NCBI GenBank assembly: GCA_036399655.1
Contig: DASWMS010000058.1
Span: 19,043-83,042 of the forward strand
Reading direction: 5' to 3'
Source: Allosphingosinicella sp.
GTDB lineage: Bacteria > Pseudomonadota > Alphaproteobacteria > Sphingomonadales > Sphingomonadaceae
Length of the DNA stretch: 64,000 bases
Below are positions 58,163 to 64,000 of the stretch, piece after piece; the stretch's first letter is position 1; every line of letters begins with the position of its first letter. The notes below the pieces were generated by a model. That model saw nothing but the letters and a program-made list of their open reading frames with translations, searched no databases and was not told the origin of the DNA. The translations under genes were made by a program, and so were the position numbers.

Positions 58163-60118
58163 CTATCGCCCCTGGCAGACATTCTGGTCGTTCGATCCGA
58201 GGAACGGCGTGAACGGGCAGCCGACATAGCGCAGCCGCACCTGATCGTTGCCGACCCGGCCGAATATCTGGTCCGATCGGATTGCCGGATCGGCATTGTT
58301 GACGCTCGTCGTGCGCACGCCCGCATTGTGGATGCCGAGGAACGAGATCATGTCGTCCTGGTCGATGCCGTCGCCCGAGACGCCGAGTCCGCCGATGAGC
58401 TGGTTGCCGCGATAGACGGGGACCGAGCCCGGAAAGATCTGGATGCCGTTCGCAATCCGGTTCGTGCCGGGAAGGCCGGTGCACTGGCTCGGCGCGTCCG
58501 CGCCGCCGCCGAGGATGAAGCCGACATGGGCGCGCACGTCCTGCTCGATCAGCGCCGATTGCAGCCCGGTCGAGAAGGGGTTGAACTCGGCGATGCTGCG
58601 CGACAGCGGCCCCGGCGGGCGGCCGAGCTCGCCGTCCGGGAAATAAGGGCGGTGGATGTTGCCGATGGCGCGATCGGACCAGGCGGTCTGGCCGGTGAAG
58701 ATCGCGTTCGTGCCGAAGAAGGCGCGCGACGCGGCGACGAACTGCCGCACGTCGGGATCGGCGTGCATGTCGAGCTGCGCCGCCGCCATCGGGTGGCTGA
58801 AGTACATCGCCGTGCGCGCCTTTTGCAGCGACACGTCGATGCCGAAGATGGGCGCGTCGGGCGAGCGGACGATGCCGAGCACGGCACCGTTCGTGTCCAC
58901 CAGCGAGATCGTCACTTCCGCGCGGCTGTCGAGCGGGCGGCGGATCTGCGCCCGCGCTGCTGACATGATCCGGAACGCCTCTTCGAGCAAAGCCCGCGAC
59001 TCCGCTGCGGTGATCGGCTGCGGGATCGAGTCCAGCGCGGCGCGCACCGGGAAGCGGTTGGTGCCCCCGCCGTCGGAAAGGACGAACGCGTCGGGGTTCG
59101 AGAATTCCGCCAGCGTCGCCGCGCGGATGCCGGAGCCTTCGCTCCCGTAGGCGCGGCCCGCCTGCATGCCGAAACTGGGGTCGTAATAGCCGCGCACCGG
59201 AACGAGGCTGCCCGGGATCGAGCCGAAGGCCGGCGCGCTCCCGCCCTTGAGGTCGTTCGCCTCGACGTCGCTGTAGCGCAGCAATGTGCCGTCCACGCTG
59301 ATCCGCTCTGCGCGAATGCCTTCGGGCGCTTCGAAGCCGCGCGTCGCGGCGAGCGCGATCGCTTCCTCGTCGTCCTTGTCGGTGTCGCGCACTTCGGGAT
59401 CGAAGCCGTAGACCCCGTCCGCCATGATCCCGACGCCGCCGATCAGGACTCCGTTCCGGTAGAGCGGGAAGCCTCCGGGATCGGCGGCCAGGCCGAGCGG
59501 CGAGCGCTTCGGCCCGATGAAGGCGCTGCCGCCGCCGACGCCGTTATAGCGGGTGTTGAGGTCCGAGCAGGGAAGCTGGCTGAACTGCACGCCGAACAAA
59601 GGCCCGCTTTCCAGCCCGCGCGTGGCGGCCGACGGCGGGAAATGTTCCTGCACGATCATGCTCGCCGTGCGCGTCGAAAAGGCATTGCCGCCCGAGGAGA
59701 GATAGGCGCCGGTCACCGCCTTGGCGATCGCCCCCGCCACCGCGCCCGGCACGTCGATGCCCTGGAGATCGTTCATGCTCCCGTTCGGGGCGTTCGGCAC
59801 CCGGAGCTGCTGGTTGGCCCCGGTCATTGAAAAGACGGCAAGCACGTTGCCGACCCGGTCGACCACAGCGATGTTGGCGGGCCGCCCGCGCGCCGCCGCT
59901 TCGCCGGCCGCATTGGCGATGACCTGCTGGACGTCGGCGACGCTCAGCGCTTCGGGGGCCGGCACCGAATAGAGCCTGGCGGCCGGCGGCGGGTTCGGCG
60001 GGGGAGGGGGCGAGGGGGGTGCCTCGCCGCCGCCGCCTCCGCCCCCTCCGCCGCCGCCTCCCCCGCACGAAGCTAGGAGCAGGGCCGCGATGGCGAGGGC
60101 GGAGGCGGCGCCGCGCAT
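58163..60118 (-). CDS. Lipoprotein with two GlcG/HbpS-like heme-binding domains
   Basis: Lipobox LASC, Gly13/Pro linker; IAVVDRVGNVL..AIAKA.T, ISLVDTNG..SLQKARTA, GGFPLY..IGGVG, GSVPVY..IGGLGVSG. Confidence 0.82.
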   Translation of the reverse strand: MRGAASALAIAALLLASCGGGGGGGGGGGGGEAPPSPPPPPNPPPAARLYSVPAPEALSVADVQQVIANAAGEAAARGRPANIAVVDRVGNVLAVFSMTGANQQLRVPNAPNGSMNDLQGIDVPGAVAGAIAKAVTGAYLSSGGNAFSTRTASMIVQEHFPPSAATRGLESGPLFGVQFSQLPCSDLNTRYNGVGGGSAFIGPKRSPLGLAADPGGFPLYRNGVLIGGVGIMADGVYGFDPEVRDTDKDDEEAIALAATRGFEAPEGIRAERISVDGTLLRYSDVEANDLKGGSAPAFGSIPGSLVPVRGYYDPSFGMQAGRAYGSEGSGIRAATLAEFSNPDAFVLSDGGGTNRFPVRAALDSIPQPITAAESRALLEEAFRIMSAARAQIRRPLDSRAEVTISLVDTNGAVLGIVRSPDAPIFGIDVSLQKARTAMYFSHPMAAAQLDMHADPDVRQFVAASRAFFGTNAIFTGQTAWSDRAIGNIHRPYFPDGELGRPPGPLSRSIAEFNPFSTGLQSALIEQDVRAHVGFILGGGADAPSQCTGLPGTNRIANGIQIFPGSVPVYRGNQLIGGLGVSGDGIDQDDMISFLGIHNAGVRTTSVNNADPAIRSDQIFGRVGNDQVRLRYVGCPFTPFLGSNDQNVCQGR

Positions 60119-61512
60119 CAGCGCAATCTGCGGATCGCAGTGGCCGCCCGGCCGAGCGCGGCGCGGAAGACCCTCGGATCATATTCGTTGGGATCGCGCA
60201 CCGCCTGGTAGGCGACGTTGATGTCGGCCCGGATCGTATTCGCCCGCTCGGTGGTGACGGTACCGCCCGAGACGAGCGCGGAGAGCAATGTGTCGGTCGC
60301 CATCACCGCCTGCACGCTGCCGGCATAATCGGTGAAGCGCTCGGAGATGGCGCTGGTCGTGATCGCGTCGATGATCGCGAAGGTCTGCGCCGCGCCCATG
60401 GTGGCCGACCCGAAGGCGCTGGACAGTGCCCGCGCGGTTTCGCGCAGCGCCGCCGCCGCACGCACCGCGCTGATCCGGTCGCTGGCGACGGCGCGGTGGA
60501 ATGCGCGGCTGTCCCGCTCGAAGCGCGCCGCGATCTCGGGCGAGACGACCCGCGCCGCCGCGGCGAGCATGATCATGTTCTCGTCATTGTAGGGCGGCAT
60601 GCCGAGCGGGATCGGGCGGCCGGGATTGCCGATCGCGGTCGGCTCGAAAGCCGGATTGTCCGAGATGCGTCGGTGGCAGGAGTGGCAATCGAGGAAATAG
60701 AATTCCGGGAAGATGCCCTCCGTCCCGCGCTCCGACGACGCGAACAGGGTCAGCGACCGCTCCAGCGCCATCGCCTGGCCGACCGCCCAGGTCTGGACCG
60801 GGCTCGGTCGTCCCTTGCGCGCGGCGTAGTCGGCATCTTCGGTGTGGTGCGCCTGGAGGGTCGTGAACAGGTCGAGCTCGAATGCGATGCGCGGGTGGCC
60901 GGCCGCCATCATCCGGTGGTTGACGAACTGTCCCTCGTCGGCGCTTCCGAAGTGGCAGTCGAGGCAGACGCCCGCCCGCGCGCGCGGGTTCTCGAGCGGC
61001 GTCATGCCGCGCTGGACGTTGTTGGCGTGGGTTCCGCCGACCGCATAATGGCTCGCCAGCCAGCCGCCGGCCGGCCCGTGGCAGCCTTCGCAGCCCACCC
61101 CGTCCGTCACCTGGAACCTCGGCCCCCGCCGCGAGGGCGCGGCCGGCGTCGCGTGGCAGCCGACGCACATCTCCGCCCGGGTCGCGTCGCCGCCCGCAAG
61201 CCCCAGCCGCTGCGCGATTAGCCGCGAGCGCGGAGAAGCGAGCACCGCATGGGCGCGGCTGTGGGCGCCGGCGGGACTTGCCGGGTCCTGCCAGATCATG
61301 AGTTCGTCCTGGCGCACGACCGCGCCATTGCCTTCGCTGCGCCCGTGGCAGGTGGTCCCGCCGCAGCTCGCCGTGCCGACGAAGGCGCCGCTGCTCGCGG
61401 GCGCCGTGTTCTGCGCCTCGGCGGAGGGCACGCCGGCGAGGAACAGCACCAGCCCCGCCAGGGCGAGCCCCAGCGTGCCGAACCCGATCGCAACGTCGCG
61501 ATTTCGCCCCAT
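60118..61512 (-). CDS. Multiheme cytochrome, c554-like N-domain (4 CxxCH + 1 Cx4CH)
   Basis: Signal/TM; FVGTASCGGTTCH, CVGCH, GVGCEGCHGP, CLDCH, CHSCH; helical C-terminus. Confidence 0.85.
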   Translation of the reverse strand: MGRNRDVAIGFGTLGLALAGLVLFLAGVPSAEAQNTAPASSGAFVGTASCGGTTCHGRSEGNGAVVRQDELMIWQDPASPAGAHSRAHAVLASPRSRLIAQRLGLAGGDATRAEMCVGCHATPAAPSRRGPRFQVTDGVGCEGCHGPAGGWLASHYAVGGTHANNVQRGMTPLENPRARAGVCLDCHFGSADEGQFVNHRMMAAGHPRIAFELDLFTTLQAHHTEDADYAARKGRPSPVQTWAVGQAMALERSLTLFASSERGTEGIFPEFYFLDCHSCHRRISDNPAFEPTAIGNPGRPIPLGMPPYNDENMIMLAAAARVVSPEIAARFERDSRAFHRAVASDRISAVRAAAALRETARALSSAFGSATMGAAQTFAIIDAITTSAISERFTDYAGSVQAVMATDTLLSALVSGGTVTTERANTIRADINVAYQAVRDPNEYDPRVFRAALGRAATAIRRLR

Positions 61513-61683
61513 CGTCCCCCCTCCGCGCCGCCCCCTTGAGCGGGCCGCCGGAACCTCGCTGCGACTATGGAAAATCGCCCGGAGCGGCGCAAGCGCGATT
61601 CCGGCTCCGGTCAGGCGCGGATCGGATGACATGCGAAACGAAAGCTTCTAGCCTCCTGCTGCACGCAAAGGGGGAGTAGGGCC

Positions 61684-63333
<1,650 letters not shown>

Positions 63334-63359
63334 CGGGCGCGTGGAGCAGCAAAGATTTC

Positions 63360-63483
63360 CGTTCGTCCTGAGTAGGGATCGAGTAGGCGAAGCCGTATCG
63401 AGAGCCCGTATCGAAGGACATCCGCCGCGCGCGGTCCCTCGATATGCCGTCTCGACAAGCTCGACGGCTACTCGGGACGAACG
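63360..63483. repeat. REP-like palindrome related to 24264-24383
   Basis: ccgttcgtcctgagtag...ctactcgggacgaacgg. Confidence 0.75.
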
Positions 63484-63501
63484 GACGTGGCGGAGACGAA
63501 C

Positions 63502-64000
63502 ATGACGAAGCTCAAGGACACCTACCCCCTCTACCTCGCCAACGAGGCGAAGCAGCCCAATGCCGACCTCGAAGTCACCGACAAGTACACAGGCGAAGTC
63601 GCCTTCCGCGTCGCCCTCGCCGATGCCGCCACGATCGACGCCGGAATCGCCGCCGCCGCGGCCGCCGCCGAGCCGATGGCGAGGATGGCGTCCTACGAGC
63701 GCCAGAACGTCCTCATGCACTGCGTCGCCCGTTTCAAGGAACGCTTCGACGAGCTCGCCTACGCGCTCTGCGTCGAAGCCGGAAAGCCGATCAAGGACGC
63801 GGAAGGCGAAGTCACCCGCCTGATCGACACCTTCCGCATCGCCGCCGAGGAATCGGTGCGCATGACCGGCGAAGTCCAGCCGCTCGACATCAGCCCGCGC
63901 GCCAAGGGCTACCAGGGCATCTGGAAGCGAGTCCCCATCGGCCCGTGCAGCTTCATCTCGCCCTTCAACTTCCCGCTCAATCTCGCCGCCCACAAGATCG
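63502..64000 (+). CDS. Aldehyde dehydrogenase family protein (runs off window end)
   Basis: MTKLKDTYPLY..EAGKPIKDAEGEV..ISPFNFPLNLAAHKI; GGAG RBS; absent from ORF track because incomplete. Confidence 0.9.
   Translation, partial: MTKLKDTYPLYLANEAKQPNADLEVTDKYTGEVAFRVALADAATIDAGIAAAAAAAEPMARMASYERQNVLMHCVARFKERFDELAYALCVEAGKPIKDAEGEVTRLIDTFRIAAEESVRMTGEVQPLDISPRAKGYQGIWKRVPIGPCSFISPFNFPLNLAAHKI

Noticed and set aside
58161-58484. N-terminal extension of the 780-aa track ORF (56142-58484)
   Set aside because: Overlaps the 3' end of the GlcG lipoprotein gene; GTG at 58160 fits operon spacing
44751-61512. Assignment of the cytochrome cluster as Nrf, Hao, Mtr or Dms
   Set aside because: No CxxCK (NrfA), no molybdopterin subunit, and no MtrA/MtrB-like sequence features that I could recognise

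Overview
High-GC alphaproteobacterial chromosome, Sphingomonadaceae-like by gene set and repeat families (inference). Most of the left and middle is housekeeping: accC/accB/aroQ, thiS/thiG, vapBC, scoA/B, bolA/grxD, nadA/nadC, a TonB-dependent receptor, an ECF sigma/anti-sigma/fasciclin/msrB cluster and tRNA-Glu. Two regions stand out. (1) About 18 kb (43.7-61.5 kb) holds two convergent operons. Together they encode a FAD/NAD(P)H + 2x cNMP-binding + 4x[4Fe-4S] protein, a 4-His heme-b-type membrane protein, an FHA-fused decaheme cytochrome, a metallophosphodiesterase, a pentaheme c554-like cytochrome, a GlcG/HbpS-type lipoprotein, a predicted outer-membrane beta-barrel and a 1416-aa decaheme/LVIVD protein, plus a divergent CcmI/CycH-like TPR gene. 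This looks like a cyclic-nucleotide-regulated, envelope-spanning electron conduit (25 heme-c motifs counted by eye). (2) A complete 2318-bp IS1595-family element (24-bp perfect TIRs, 8-bp TSD) carries a lipoprotein and a HEPN-like passenger and splits a 332-codon gene. Also noted: a double-Gly-leader-like peptide beside a 2OG-Fe(II) oxygenase, a candidate sigma54 sRNA, and palindromic repeats translated in frame inside two genes of the cytochrome system. Product names come from motif recognition only; no database search was run, and many start codons were chosen by eye.
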